45,644 nt of DNA from Octopus bimaculoides (GCF_001194135.2 NC_068987.1:45444755-45490398), one strand, 5' to 3'; counted from the stretch's first letter, positions 1 through 12,841 are shown. Made by a program: numbers and translations. The notes: generated by a model not told the origin, from the sequence alone.

Positions 1-311
1 CGTGACCGTTGCCAGTACCGCCTGACTGGCCTTGTAGGGTTTTCGAGCGAGATCGTTGCCAGTGCCCCTGGACTGGCTCTTGTGCGGGTGGCACATAAAA
101 GACACCATTTCGAGCATGGCCGTTTTCGTGCGGGTGACATGTAAAAGCACCCACTACACTCTGAGTGGTTGGTGTTAGGAAGGGCTTCCAGCTGTAGAAA
201 CTCTGCCAAATTAGATTGGAGCCTGGTGTTGCCATCCGGTTTCACCAGTCCTCAGTCAAATCGTCCAACCCATGCTAGCATGGAAAGCGGACGTTAAACA
301 ATGATGATGAT
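1..311 (+). mobile_element. RTE-LINE 3' UTR/tail copy ending in (GAT)n
   Basis: Near-identical to 32660-32960 and to the reverse complement of about 38850-39140; the same tail follows RTE ORF residue at 344-1140. Confidence 0.8.
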
Positions 312-343
312 GTATATATATATATGTATGTATATATATATAT

Positions 344-1140
344 CAGGGAGCTCCTACCTCTGCTGGTAACAAAGAGCCTCTTGTTCAGAGTGAAAGGTAG
401 ACTGTATGATGCATGTGTGCAAACAGCCGTACTACATGGTAGTGAAACATGGGCTGTGACTGCTGAGGACATGCGTTGGCTTGAAAGAAATGAAGCTAGT
501 ATGCTTTGCTGGATGTGTAATATCAGTGTGCATAATTGACAGACTAAGTGCCTTGAGAGAAGAGTTGGACTTAAGAAGCATCAGATGAGGTGTGCAAGCG
601 AGACAACTTCACTGGTATGGTCATGTGTTGCATATGGATGAGGACAGCTGTGTGAAGAAGTGTCACACTGTAACAGTAGAAGGAACCCGTGGAAGATGTA
701 GCCTCAGGAAGACCTGGGATGAGGTGGTGAAAACATGACCTTCGAACATTGGCCCTCACAAAGGCAATGACAAGCGACCGAGACCATTGGAGATATGCTG
801 TGCTTGAGAAGACCCAGCAAGCCAAGTGGGATTGTAGCCTTGGCCGATGCCAGTGTCATAACCAGCCCATTTAAAAGTACCCTTCAATTGTTGGGCAATA
901 TGCTGTGCTTGAGAAAACCTGTTGAGTCAAGTGCCACCTGATTGGCACCTGTGCCGTTGCACTTAAAAAGCACCCACTACACTCTTAGGGTGGTTGGTGT
1001 TAGAAAGGGCATCCGGCTGTAGAAACCATGCCAGAACAGATTGGAGCCTGATGCAGCCTCCTCGCTTGCCAGTCCTCAGTCAAACTGTCCAACCCATGCC
1101 AGCATGGAAAGCAGAAGTTAAACGTCGACGATGGTGATGA
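344..1140 (+). mobile_element. 5'-truncated RTE-clade LINE (RT C-terminus + 3' UTR)
   Basis: Translates as RELLPLL...KGRLYDACVQTAVLHGSETWA...LERNE...WYGHVLHM...KTWDEVV with stops, followed by a UTR and GAT tail. Confidence 0.85.
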
Positions 1141-1375
1141 TGTGTGTATATTTAGTGTGTATATGTATGTATCTATCTATATATATGTGTGTGTGTGTGT
1201 GTAAATGTTTGTACATATATTACTATAGGCAAACAACATTTGCATATATCTGTATACAGGTAAATAAGAAGATTAGTTTTGTAACCTCGAACATTTTGGC
1301 TGTTTTTTTTTAATGCTATTGTGTATATATTTTGGTTCATGGTAGCATCACTAATTTTGTCGTCACTTAACATAA

Positions 1376-1407
<32 letters not shown>

Positions 1408-1504
1408 ATTTGTGTGTGTATGTGTATATATATATTTGTGTGTGTGTATGTGTATGTATATATATGTATGTGTGTATGTGTATATATATATATGTATGTA
1501 TATT

Positions 1505-1543
<39 letters not shown>

Positions 1544-1544
<1 letters not shown>

Positions 1545-1760
1545 GGCATGGACAGGTGCAGGTATGTTTGAGTGGTTAAGAAGTTTGCTTTGGGTTCAGT
1601 TCCATTATATGGTACCTTGGGTGAGTGTTTTCTTCTAGCATGTAACTATTGGGCTGAAAGCCTCTTTTGACAGACAGTTTGAAGGCTGAGAAAAAATCTT
1701 GTGAGTGGCAGATAAAAAATGGTTTGTGTCCTCTTGTTTTGACATTGCGTGATAATTGTA
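1544..1760 (+). mobile_element. tRNA-derived SINE, family A (core CTTGTGAGTGGATTTGGTAG, possibly Nin-domain type)
   Basis: tRNA-like head (A-box-like GAGTGGTTAAG, B-box-like GGTTCAGTTCC). The same core recurs at about 4930-5370(+), 17993-18150(+), 26990-27140(+), 3930-4280(-), 29620-29760(-), 36250-36480(-) and 41955-42285(-). The family name is from memory. Confidence 0.7.
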
Positions 1761-2727
1761 AATAAATGTCATTGATTTCCAATATTCTGCAAAACATGCC
1801 TGGTCATCTGGGAATATTACTTTGCTTGGGAATAGGTGAAGGTTGGTGGCAGGAAGGGCATCTAGCTGTAAAATATCGACCTCAATAACCTTCGTGCCCC
1901 CATCCCATGCAAGCATGGAAAAGTAGACATTAAAATGATGATGATGATTTATTGATTGATCAACCTTGGAATACTCCCCAATTATATCACACCTGTCTGT
2001 AAAGCTTGACTGATCAATGAATTGATTGGTTCCACCACAATTGTCATACCTATGTGATGGGAATGTCAGTCAGTCTGCAGATGAACAGGACAAACAAGTT
2101 AATTTAGTTTTTATTGATTCATAAGAGTCATGAGACTGATTCTTTTGTATGATTTCCATAGCTTTAAGTAGATGTGAGGCATTTTCCTTCTGGACAGGAT
2201 ACTGATCTACTATAAGTAACTTTCCAATCAGGAGGTAAGGAACTCAACATTGCAAGTCAGTAATTTTCACACTGGTTCCAGTGTTACCACTAATTAGTGC
2301 AAGGAGTTATATCACTGCAGTGTTTCCTACTTATAGCCACATAGACTTAACTGAGGAGTTTTGTCACTTAAGTGCCACCCACTTATAACCACATAGACTC
2401 AGCCATTTAGAAGTTTAATCTCTTGGTCATGTGCACAACAAGGTGACAAGTTACAAACTTCTGATCTCTAAGGTAAGCTGTTTGTCTAGTAATGTATTTA
2501 CTTAGCAGCCATGCTCTTACAGTGCTCAGAAAAGGGATTTAATAAATGGAAAAATAAACCTATCAATGACACTAATTTAGTAATTGTTCTTTATCCCAAA
2601 CTGCAAATTCTAAAATATATTCTTTCAGGAAACTTAAATGGTTAGCAAACACACTCTTGAAATTAAGTGCCACTCTTTAGTAATTGTTAAATGGGGTTAT
2701 ATATATGTTGATGACTGCTCTACATTT

Positions 2728-2890
2728 TTAACCCTTCTATTCAACCATATTTCTGTTGAAATACACTACCTTTGTTTCAGTTAATTTTGAAATAATGAAG
2801 GTAAAAATAACTTTGTCATTTTTAAGCAGGTCTTTGGAACATGAATTAACATGAAATTTTGATGGAAGATTTTAGTTTATTTTATTACCC
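2728..2890 (+). mobile_element. TTAA-CCCT-start MITE fragment, family M2
   Basis: TTAACCCTT...CATATTTCTGTTGAAATACAC; related starts at 27512, 33695 and 44501. Confidence 0.55.
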
Positions 2891-2894
2891 CATT

Positions 2895-3360
2895 TGAAAG
2901 GAAGAAAGACAAAGTTGATCTTCGTAGCATTTGAACTCAGAACAGAAATAACCAGAAGCATTTTGTCCAATGTGCTAACCATTTTGCCTGCTCACTGCCT
3001 TTTTCAATAATAATAATAATAATAACAATAATTTAATTTTGGCACAAGGCCAGCAAGTTTGGGGGAGGGGATAAGTTGATTACAATGACCCCAGTGTTTT
3101 TATTGATCCCGAAAGGTTGAAAGGTAAAGTCGACGAAGGCGGAATTTGGACTCAAAACATTAAGACAGACAAAATGCTGTCAAGCATTCTGTCCAGAATG
3201 CTAATGAAGCTACCATTTTGCTACCTAATAATAATAGTAATGATGATGATGATGATTTAGCACAAGGCCAACAGTTTTGAGGTTTGGAGAACAGTTGATG
3301 CCATTGATCCCAGTACTTGATTGGTACTTTATTTTATAAATCCTCAGTGAGTGAAAAGCA
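2895..3360 (-). mobile_element. Cluster of 2-3 tRNA-derived SINE copies, family B
   Basis: Reverse complement of GAGTTCAAAT...GACTTTGCCTTTCATCC...GCCTTGTGCCAAAAT with an (AAT)n tail. The family recurs at about 20500-20900, 23390-23490, 27240-27440, 36490-37400, 42640-42830 and 45150-45270. Confidence 0.7.
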
Positions 3361-4321
3361 GAGTTGATGATGATGATGATGATAAGTGGAAAGAAACTTA
3401 CAATTATAATCTTCCAGTAAGACAATTTAACAACTTGCATTTCCAGTTTCCATTTTAAACATTTCAGTTATGACACTAATTGTGTGTGTGTGTCTTGGTA
3501 TATGAATGTATGCGTGCGTGTATGTCACATGCAAGTTGTTTGTGAAATGTTACAGGTTAAAAAGATACTTATTGTGATTTTGTCTTTCTATTCTGATGTT
3601 ACTCAATAGACTAGTGTTGAAATGTGTGAATAGTATGTCTGCTGGTATAGAAATAAACAGAATCAAATTTAAAGTTGGAATAATGGCTATTCCTTTAACA
3701 CACACACACGCACACCACATGTTTTGTAGGTTACTACCTTAGTGATGGGGAGGGAGTTGTAACTAAATAAACAAGTAGAATTAAAAATATAACTAAAAGC
3801 AAATGGAATTATTTCAGTCCCTGGTAGATGTGTCCTTGCATTTGGCACTACATGGAAATAGGAAACATTTGTAATCTCTGGTAGCGTTGTTCTTATTGTG
3901 GTTCTTAAAATTTCTATTCTTTTTTCTTGTTTCAATCATTGGACTGCAGCCATTTTGGGATTCAAGTTTGAGTGACTTAATCAATTGAATTGATCTTTGT
4001 GTTTACTTCCTTTTTTTAGGTCTGGTACTTATTCTATCAATCTCTTTTAATAAACTGCTAAGTCACAGGGATGTAAACAAACTAACACTTGTCAAGTAAT
4101 GAGAAACAAACATAAAATGCACACACACACACACACACACACAAAAGCAAACAAACAATGAGGCTTCCACAGGGTTTCCATCTACCACATTCACTCACAA
4201 ACTATCGGTCAACTTGGGTTATAGTGAAAGATACTTGTTCAAAATGTTGTACAGCGAGAGTGAACGAGAAACCATGTGGTTATGCTGAATCATTCACCTA
4301 TGATTTATGACCACTTCCCCT

Positions 4322-4875
4322 ACATCTGCACCTTTCAGAAACAGCATCCAAACATACACAACCTTACACAGATATTTCACCTATATTCTACCGTATTACC
4401 TCCCATCTTGTTTCTGTTTTTTAGAACTGTGGCTGTCATTTGTTAATAGCATCTAGTGATGCTAAATTGTTGTTAAATAATAGAAATTTGTGCTTCTTTG
4501 ACCTGGGCAGGGCATATAGATGAATGTGCTTGTTCTTTAAGTTCAAGAACTAGGTGTAAATATAAATAGAGCTTGTATTATACACCTGTCTGCAACCTGA
4601 ATTGTGAGCATCCTATATGCACACATCTGCACCTTTCACAAATAACACCCACATATACACAACCCTATGCAAATATTTCATCTATATTCCACCTTATTAC
4701 CTCACTTCTTTTTTTTTTTTTAGAACTGTGACTATCATTTGTTGATAGTAACTGGTGACATATTAAATTGTTAAATAATAGAAATTTGTGCATCCTTGAC
4801 CTGGGCAGGGTATATAGATGTATGTTAAATCCAAGGACAAGATGTGAATATAAGTGGAGCTAGTGTCTGCAATCT
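4322..4875. repeat. Diverged ~300-bp direct tandem duplication (2 units)
   Basis: ACATCTGCACCTTTCA at 4322 and 4623; AAATAATAGAAATTTGTGC and TTGACCTGGGCAGGG occur in both units. Confidence 0.85.
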
Positions 4876-4929
4876 GGTGGCATGCTAAATGGGGAGATGA
4901 AACTTTATATTGTTTGTTGTAAGTGCAAA

Positions 4930-4964
4930 CGTGACTGTGTGGTTAAGAAAGTCACTTCCTTATC

Positions 4965-5008
<44 letters not shown>

Positions 5009-5370
5009 TATACACACATATATATATATAGGCACAGGCATTCTTCCCAACCGCATGGTTCCAGGTTCAGTCCCACTGCATGGCACCTTGGACAAGGGTC
5101 TTCTACTATAACCTCAGACCAACCAAAGCCTTGTGAGTGGATTTGGTAGTTGAAAACTGAAAGAAGACCGTCAAATTGTGTGTCTTTGTTTCTGTGTTTG
5201 TCCCTCACGCTTGACAACTGGTGTTGGTGTGTTTAGCAGTTTGGCAAAAGAGACCAATAGTGCCAGGCTTAAAAGAATAAATAAGTACTGGGTTGATTAG
5301 TTCGACTAAAATTCCTCAAGGCAGTGCCCCAGCATGCCTAATGACTAATGACTGAAACTAGTAAAAGATA
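4930..5370 (+). mobile_element. SINE family A copy interrupted by a (TA/CA)n microsatellite
   Basis: CCCAACCGCATGGTTCCAGGTTCAGTCCCACTGC...GCCTTGTGAGTGGATTTGGTAG. Confidence 0.7.
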
Positions 5371-6537
5371 ATAGAAGATAAATACACACAAACACACCTA
5401 CACACTCCCCAAGAAAGCATATGCACTGCACATACAAACACCACTCCCCTCATCCATCTCTGTACTCAAGTACATTCCTATATCCTCTCTTCCTAACTCC
5501 TTCCCATAGAATTCCATTCCTATCTGGCCCTAAACTTTTTTTTCTTTCCTGCCATTTATCCTATTTTTGCCCATTTTTTTTTTCTCTGATGAAGGACAAG
5601 CATCTGAATTATCAAAACTTTTCCCCTTTTTTAAGTTTGAAACTAATACAACCTTTGTTAAAATTAGTTCGTCTTGTTTTGTCTTTTTTCTTTGCTCATT
5701 ACCTGATATGTGTGTGTGTTACTGTCACAAGCATCACTGTTACACAAATGCTGTCCTTCATTTCCAATCTGACAATATGTCTTAATGTAGGGAAATATGA
5801 TCTTAGTTGGAAACAGATGAGGGTTAGCAACAGGAAGGGTATCCAGCCATAGAAAATCTGCCTCAGAAATTCCGTCTAATGCAAGTGAGCACAGAAAAGT
5901 TGACATTAAAAGCCAAGATGACAATGTTTGTTTATTGACCTCTACATTTATACAGCTGGCACCTTTCACACACAACACACACATGCACCCACCCATCCTA
6001 CCCAGGTATTTCACTTAACTTGCATCAAATCTCTTCCAATGGTTTTTTTTTTAGTTCTACATTTGTCTGTTGTTATCAACCAGTGACCTATATATTGATT
6101 CCATTTTATTCAGGCATTAGAAACTAAAAGCAAGTGTAACCCAAATAATCCAACCTGAACCATTCTACTACAGCTGTGAGCCAAGTAGAAATGGCTGTAT
6201 TTATTGATATTTTTATATATTTGTAAACATTCTGTAATTTTCATTTAACCCCAGGCCTGCCATGATTGAGTAGACCTGTGGGCAAAGGCATTCCAATCAT
6301 GACTATCACATTTTTTAATATCTACATCCTCATGTGTGTTCTTTTTTTTTAAAGATGGTTGAGTGTTTGATTTGAGAAAGATTCTGCTGCTTGTTATTTC
6401 TAGCAGCTTAACCACTATTCACAGCATATAGGTTCCCTTCTATACCAAGATGGCTGATTGGTGATCCACATTTGTACTCTACTTTTATTCCCTGTTGACA
6501 TATCTCACTTCTTTTCTGTTTTATATGAAGCACAGGT

Positions 6538-6540
<3 letters not shown>

Positions 6541-6606
<66 letters not shown>
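6541..6606. repeat. (GT)33 microsatellite
   Basis: Perfect dinucleotide run, one of many (TA)n/(CA)n/(GAT)n runs in the window. Confidence 0.98.
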
Positions 6607-6609
<3 letters not shown>

Positions 6610-7050
6610 ATCTCAGGTAGCATTATATATATATATATATCAGCTATGTGTGATTATTGCCTGTAAGTTCAGAGATGGAAGAAAAGTAACATTACCAAGT
6701 TAACTTACTCTTATGTTCTCATATTTTTTTGTTTCCCTTTGCTTCACATATCCACTCCATGATAGATGACCCTCAAAAACATAAGTCAATGAGTGACCCT
6801 CTATGTGGGCATTCAACCTGCTTGAAATAAAAGCCAAATTGCCCTCAAATCACACTTGACCATCTTAAAAAAGGATACATTGGATAATATGAACCTGTCT
6901 CTTATGTATATAAGATAAAGACAGAATGGTTATGGTTGAAATATATCTTTGATCATAGATCTGCTCAATCAGGGTTGAACTGGGGCTAATCATCTTTGCT
7001 TAACGTATCCAATTTATAACCACTGTTTTCTCTGTTTTGTTTTTCAGGAC

Positions 7051-7132
7051 ATGAAAATGTTACTTGTGAGTTGTCGGTGTCTGAACGTACAGATCAGACT
7101 CAAGGGTGATGTCTTAGAAGAACAATATTCAG
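7051..7132 (+). CDS. AKT1S1: PRAS40 coding exon 1 (MKMLLVSCRCLNVQIRLKGDVLEEQYS)
   Basis: Acceptor tttttcag|GAC ATG (exon starts at 7048); donor CAG|gtaagt; phase 1. Confidence 0.85.
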
Positions 7133-8147
7133 GTAAGTCTTGATCGTGTGTTTACCCAATCCTTACAGTTGTTGCCCACCTTCACTTCCACTCCCAATCT
7201 CTCACTCTCCCAAACTCTCTTGCAACTTCCTCCCACTCACTCTCTTGGTCCATCTGTCCCACTCACTGCTACCCACTTCATACCTTGAGGATTTAACTCC
7301 TCATCATCACTAGTTCTATCTCTCACTGTCTCTTTTTCTTGCTCTCTATCTCGTTCTGTTTTCAGTCCCACCTGATCTCCTGCCCACTATTTTTAAATGT
7401 AAATAGTCATGTTGCTCCTGTACAGCAAAGAAACCCATTCTGCTCTGGCCTGTTTTCCCAAACTTTCGCCCCTCATCTCCTAGCTGTTCTCTTGGAGCTT
7501 GTAGTCTTACATATTGCATGCTAACCTCACATGTTCTAATGACACAAAAACGCACCCAGTACATTCTGTAAAGTAGTTGGTGTGAGGAAGAGCATCCAGA
7601 CTAAGAAATGATACCAAAGTAGACCTTAGAGCCCAGTGCAGTCCTTGGACTCATTAGGTCCTGTAAAAAACCATCCAACCCATGCTGCCATGGAATATGG
7701 ACATTAAGTATTGATGCATGTATACAGTCATTGGCAAACTAGTTTAAAGGTGACAATCTGGCAGAATCGTTTGGGTATTTGTACATTTTGTGTACAAATA
7801 CTGCCATGGTTTAACTTTACCTCTCATCCCTCTGATAAAACAAAGTATCAGTCTGGTACTGATGCTGAAATACTTGACTAACCTCTCTCTTCAAAATTAC
7901 TGGCCTTATTCTGAAATTAGAAATAAGTAGTATTTATAACTGTATGCACTTGTGTGTGTGTGTGTGTGTGTGTGTGCGTATGCACGCACGTATAAAGTAT
8001 TTAATTAACATTTTATTTGTTTGTATTGGGTCTCATTAAGTTTTAGTTATGTATACATTTAAAACTAGTTATCTTTTTGTGTCAGACCTTAATTGACTTT
8101 AAAGCTGTCTCTGTGTGTAAGTAATCTTGATTTCTGTGTGTATGTGC

Positions 8148-9054
8148 TTAATGAAAACAAAGGCAAATTACCTAACTCTAATTGAAGTCATATACATGCA
8201 ACTGTATGAAGTCAATTAACTCTTAAACAGCAGGAAAGGGTTACATGAATGTGTGTTGCAGATGGGCAAAAAACAAAAAAAAACTTTTTCTTATGGGTCA
8301 TTTTTATACTTATTTTCACTTTATAAATAAATACAAAAATTATGTGCCATAAAATACTCGCTTTCCTTTGCATCTAGTGTAAGCATAAACACATTTGTGA
8401 TTCTAACATTGTTGCTGTCAAATGAAAGTAAAATAGAGAAAAATCAGTGGATTTTTTTCATCCAGAGTGGATATCATCAATTAATGTTTCAATTGAGAAC
8501 AATAGACAATATCAATTGATGTTTCAAACTTTTTACAGCAGCCATCATCACTTGACACCTGAGCATGTACTTCATCAAATGCACCTTAGTGTAAGTGGTC
8601 CTTATTGATGGGAGAAATTAAGTTGCACATGGAAGATTCATGCAGTGAAGAAGTTTTTTATGATTTTCCTTCATCATCAGCTGTGGTAGATGATGATACT
8701 GATGCTCTCAGCAGCACAGAATAAAGTGATGCTGCAACTAACTCTAGATGAAAAAAGTCCACTGATTTTTCTCCATTTCTACCTTCATTTGACAGCAACA
8801 ACGCTAGAATCTCAAAAGTGTTTATGCTTACATCAGATGCAAAGGAAAGTGAATATCTTATGACACATTTTTGTACTTATAAAGTGAAAATAAGTATAAA
8901 AATGACTCATATGAAGGAAAGATTCTATAGTTTTTTGCCCATTTGGCACACATTTTCATGCAACCTTTTCCTTCTTTAAGAGTTAATAGACTTCATACAG
9001 TTGTATGTATATGACTTCAATTAGAGTTAGGTAATTTGTCTTCGTTTTCATTAA
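8148..9054. mobile_element. Foldback/MITE-like element with ~320-bp inverted arms
   Basis: 8148-8468 is the reverse complement of 8741-9054 (about 85% by eye); both ends read TTAATGAAAAC; ~270-bp spacer. Confidence 0.8.
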
Positions 9055-9441
9055 TAACACACACACACCTCCTAGACTTAACTAACTCTGTTAATCTCAA
9101 GTGTATATCTTAATCACCTTTGTTAGACTCACGTGTCTAACAAAGGCTCTGGTATGTGTTACCTTAATTAGAACCAGTTATGTCTGTCGTTTTAATTAAA
9201 TCTGTGTGTGACCCTACCACAATTCTTAGTTGTATCAATCTCTCATTGTGTCATGTATCTGTAAACATATGTATTTTACTAATTTCTTGTTATTTAAGTG
9301 TGTTTCTCTCCTGTCATCTTTGATAGATTCTTGTGTCTTGTCTCCCTTACAATGAAAATAAGAAAATGATAGGCTTATGAAGAACTATATTTATGATAAG
9401 TGAGATAAACATGTGATCTAATGACAGGTGAACTGCAGTAG

Positions 9442-9485
<44 letters not shown>

Positions 9486-10089
9486 GAGAAGTTTTAAAAC
9501 TCATGAGTAAATGGTAACTGGAATAGCAGTATGGCAGTGATACTCCAAAGAAAACTTGGGATAAAGTATTTATGTTACTGAAAAGATTGTAGAGCTGGTG
9601 GGTTAATGATTGTTGGAGTAGAAGTTATCTATGACTGAGGTAGTTAGACACAACCTAAGAATTTTCTTATTTGCTGATTCTAAGAAGGCTCATGGCTATA
9701 ATCCCTGTAAACTCTGTTGGAATGGAATCAGGAAATTTGACAGTTCAGCTTTTGTAGTACATATGGAGTATATATACTACTGAATATGGGTACTTAAAGT
9801 AAAAGTTACATAGAATAGTGTTTTGTATTATGTATTTGGTTGGTTGAGAAGCAATGAGGCTGTTGTGATAGAATGATAGTGAGAAAGAAAACAGAGTTTA
9901 ATAATGAACCACTTCAGTCTAGTTTCTGCTTTTGTATGCTTATGATTTCTTTTGGTTTCTCCTAGTCTTAGTACATTACATTTGTGTTTTCTTCTCCTTT
10001 CTTTGTTATCTATAAATTCAGAAACCTTTCTGGTTAATTATATAATTTTCTTAGTTTTAGAGTATAGATTTTGTTTTAGTGTTGCTCTC

Positions 10090-10735
10090 CACCATTGTCC
10101 CTTATTGTACTACCATTTATCACTTCCACCTCACTGATCCATTCCTATTTCCCTTTATCCCTCCTCAACAAACTGAGATTCATCATTGATCCACCTATGT
10201 TCACCATTCACTGCATTCATCCCTATCCCCATCTCAAACCATCTCCATTCCTTTTTTATTCTCCAAAACTTACTCACCCAGTCACCCTTAATTCTCTGTC
10301 TCTACTTTCTCTTATACCCATCTTTATGTACCTTGAGGATATACCCTGACCCCTCATCTCCACCATACTTTCTCCCTTTCCAGCTTGGGTAGCCATGTAT
10401 TTCCTCTACATGTTCCTATCCCTCTATCATACTTCAACCTCTCAGCATCTGCATAGAACCACCTCTCTCATTACTATACTGCCCACTATATCAAGGGTTC
10501 TCCTCTTTCAAAGTACATGGTATCTCACTAGTGCAGATGCAATGAAAAAAGTACCCAGTACACGCTGTAAGGTGGTTGGCATGAGGAAGGACACCTAGCT
10601 ATAGAAACTATGCCAAAGCAGACACTGGAGCTCAGTGTGTTCTTCTGTCTTGTTAAATCCTGTTGAACCGTCCAACCCATGACAGTATAGAATATAGACT
10701 TCAAAGGATGATGGTGGTGGTGGTGGTGGTAGTAG
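10090..10735 (+). mobile_element. Composite repeat: C/T-rich body + RTE-type (GAT)n tail
   Basis: Related bodies at about 7160-7720(+), 22620-23200(-) and 41420-41900(+); the 33-nt segment 10203-10235 matches 41822-41854 at 31/33. Confidence 0.55.
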
Positions 10736-11542
10736 TGGCGAGGATGGTGATAAAAATACATGAGTTGTGACTTTTTTCATTTGTCTTTAAAACCTGCTTT
10801 AATCCAGTTCTGTGAAGACCAAGTTCTGCAGGTTACATCAATATGTCTTGTGGGGGTAGAGAAAAAAAAAATAAAGTACTTTGCTCAAGGCCTTTTCACA
10901 ATGATCAAGTAAGCATATGAGTTGTAGGATTATAATATGTTTTGTTACTAGTATTGCACTGTGCCCATAGCTAACATGATTTCTACTTACTGATCCTTGC
11001 CATCTTATTTATTCAAATAGTTATCATGTATATTTTGTTGTCTTTGCAAAAAAATGAAAAAAATATATCAAAGAACCATCATCTGGTAAAGCTATTAACA
11101 AAGTAACACCCATAAGAATGAACCAGATCAACATGTCAGACAACTATAATTATTTCTGAAGTAGTAATGTCTCCTGTCTCTTCATTGTGTCTTATTTGGT
11201 CACATGCTCTCTTGTTCACTCGTGTGATATATTTGCCATCTAATCCACATTTGTTTGCATACACTTTTGTAATCCTTGTTTTATTATCTGTAAAACCACA
11301 TGCTTGAGATGATACTTGTCTAAATAGGCAGTTTTAAATTTTGACAAGGACTTCAAAGTTTCAGCTTGCTTTGCTTTTATCAGATAGTCTGATCTGACAA
11401 AAGCAAGCAAGCCAAACTCTGAAGTTACTGTCAATCTTTTCCTTGTAAAAATTTTATAAACATGTACTGTACTCTACAGGATTATTTGAGTAATTCTTCA
11501 GTTTAATGTGATGTTGTTTTTATATATAACTTGACATACAAA

Positions 11543-11575
<33 letters not shown>

Positions 11576-11614
11576 GTGCGTGTGTGCGTGTGTGTGTGTG
11601 CGCGCATGCATAGT

Positions 11615-11762
11615 AAGGAGCTGTTTTATGTTTAAAGTGGTCAGATCTGGCCTCTCACACCTATCTTACAATATCGTTCTGAAAATAAAAGATCGATCGT
11701 CAAAACAATATGAATGAATAAGCATTACATTCGATTGATTAATCTGAATGCTAAAGGGTTAA
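11615..11762 (+). mobile_element. piggyBac-like MITE 3' fragment, family M1
   Basis: Ends AATCTGAATGCTAAAGGG|TTAA, identical to the right end of the element at 32261-33004. Confidence 0.65.
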
Positions 11763-12767
11763 GTTAAGGATTAGATATACAAGATCTTCAAGTTTGTCTG
11801 TCTGAGAATAAATTCTTTCATCTTTGATGACATACATCCTGCATGGGGCAAACCATGTTTCCCTATGGAGAGGTCAGCTGTTTCACCAATGGAGAAGTTC
11901 TCCAAAGGCCTTTTTGTTACTAATCCACCACCCCACTGCACACACACAAACACAATTTAAAATTTGAAATTTTGAGTCTTCAAATAATTTTTTCTTGGTT
12001 GACTCTATTCAGTTATGTGGTTAGGGTGTTGAGTTCACAATCTTAATACAGGTTTGATTCACGGACTGGGTGAGGTGTTGTGTCCTTGAGCAAGCCACTT
12101 CATTTCACATTGCTATAGTCTACCCAGTTGTAAATTAGTACCAGCCAACTGCTGGTGCAGCTCTTTCTTCCTTCAGTTGTTACAACTGATGTAGATGCTC
12201 TCTGGTTGGTTTGTACAACCAAACAGAGGCTCTCCCATTAGCATCTCAACCATAGGATGTTAGGATGCATTCTTTTGTTTGGTGTATGTCACTGGCCCTT
12301 TCAAGGTATGATAATGCCAATGTAGAATTGCTGTTCTTGGAATTGTCATTGCCATTGATTTAACGTCCACTTTTCCATGCTTTCGTAGGTTGGTTGCAAT
12401 TTGTTGAAACTGATTTTCTACAGCTGGGATGCCCTTCCTGTCACCAACCCTCACCTGGCTAGGCATGTTTTCATGGAAGATTGGGAATGAAGGTTACCAC
12501 TTGTATAATGGTGATGCTCATTTACAATTATCATGCAATGTCAAGATTGGAGACAGAAACACATATGCACATAGTATATATATGTGTATATGTGTGTGTT
12601 GATAATTGCTCATTCAGTAATAACCAATGTTCAAAGGATTCCTGTTTTAATGACTTGACTTGTTTACATGTTCTGTGAAGCAACTACTTTGAGAAGTTGA
12701 CAATGATTTGATTTCTTATTTTTTTTAATATCTTTTATGTTTTCTAACATTTCGGATTATTTTGCAG

Positions 12768-12841
12768 ATTATCCACAGGAGATATCATCTTCGAAATTTG
12801 AATGTCTTCCTGAAAGTGCATTAGAGGCACCCATTTCTCTG
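12768..12841 (+). CDS. AKT1S1: PRAS40 coding exon 2 (DYPQEISSSKFECLPESALEAPISL)
   Basis: Acceptor ttttgcag|; donor CTG|gtaagt; phase 1 to 0 joins exons 1 and 3 in frame. Confidence 0.82.

Noticed and set aside
1131-1579. Several 60-74 aa ORFs (MCVCVC..., YIYIY...)
   Set aside because: Translations of (GT)n/(TA)n microsatellites with no splice or homology support.
5586-5610. CTGATGAAGGA...TCTGAATT hammerhead-like motif
   Set aside because: GAAA is broken (GAAT), stem II is only 3 bp and there is no stem I; likely chance or heavily decayed.
5421-6014. 143-aa and 116-aa ORFs
   Set aside because: Low-complexity pyrimidine tract plus an RTE tail; no coding signature.
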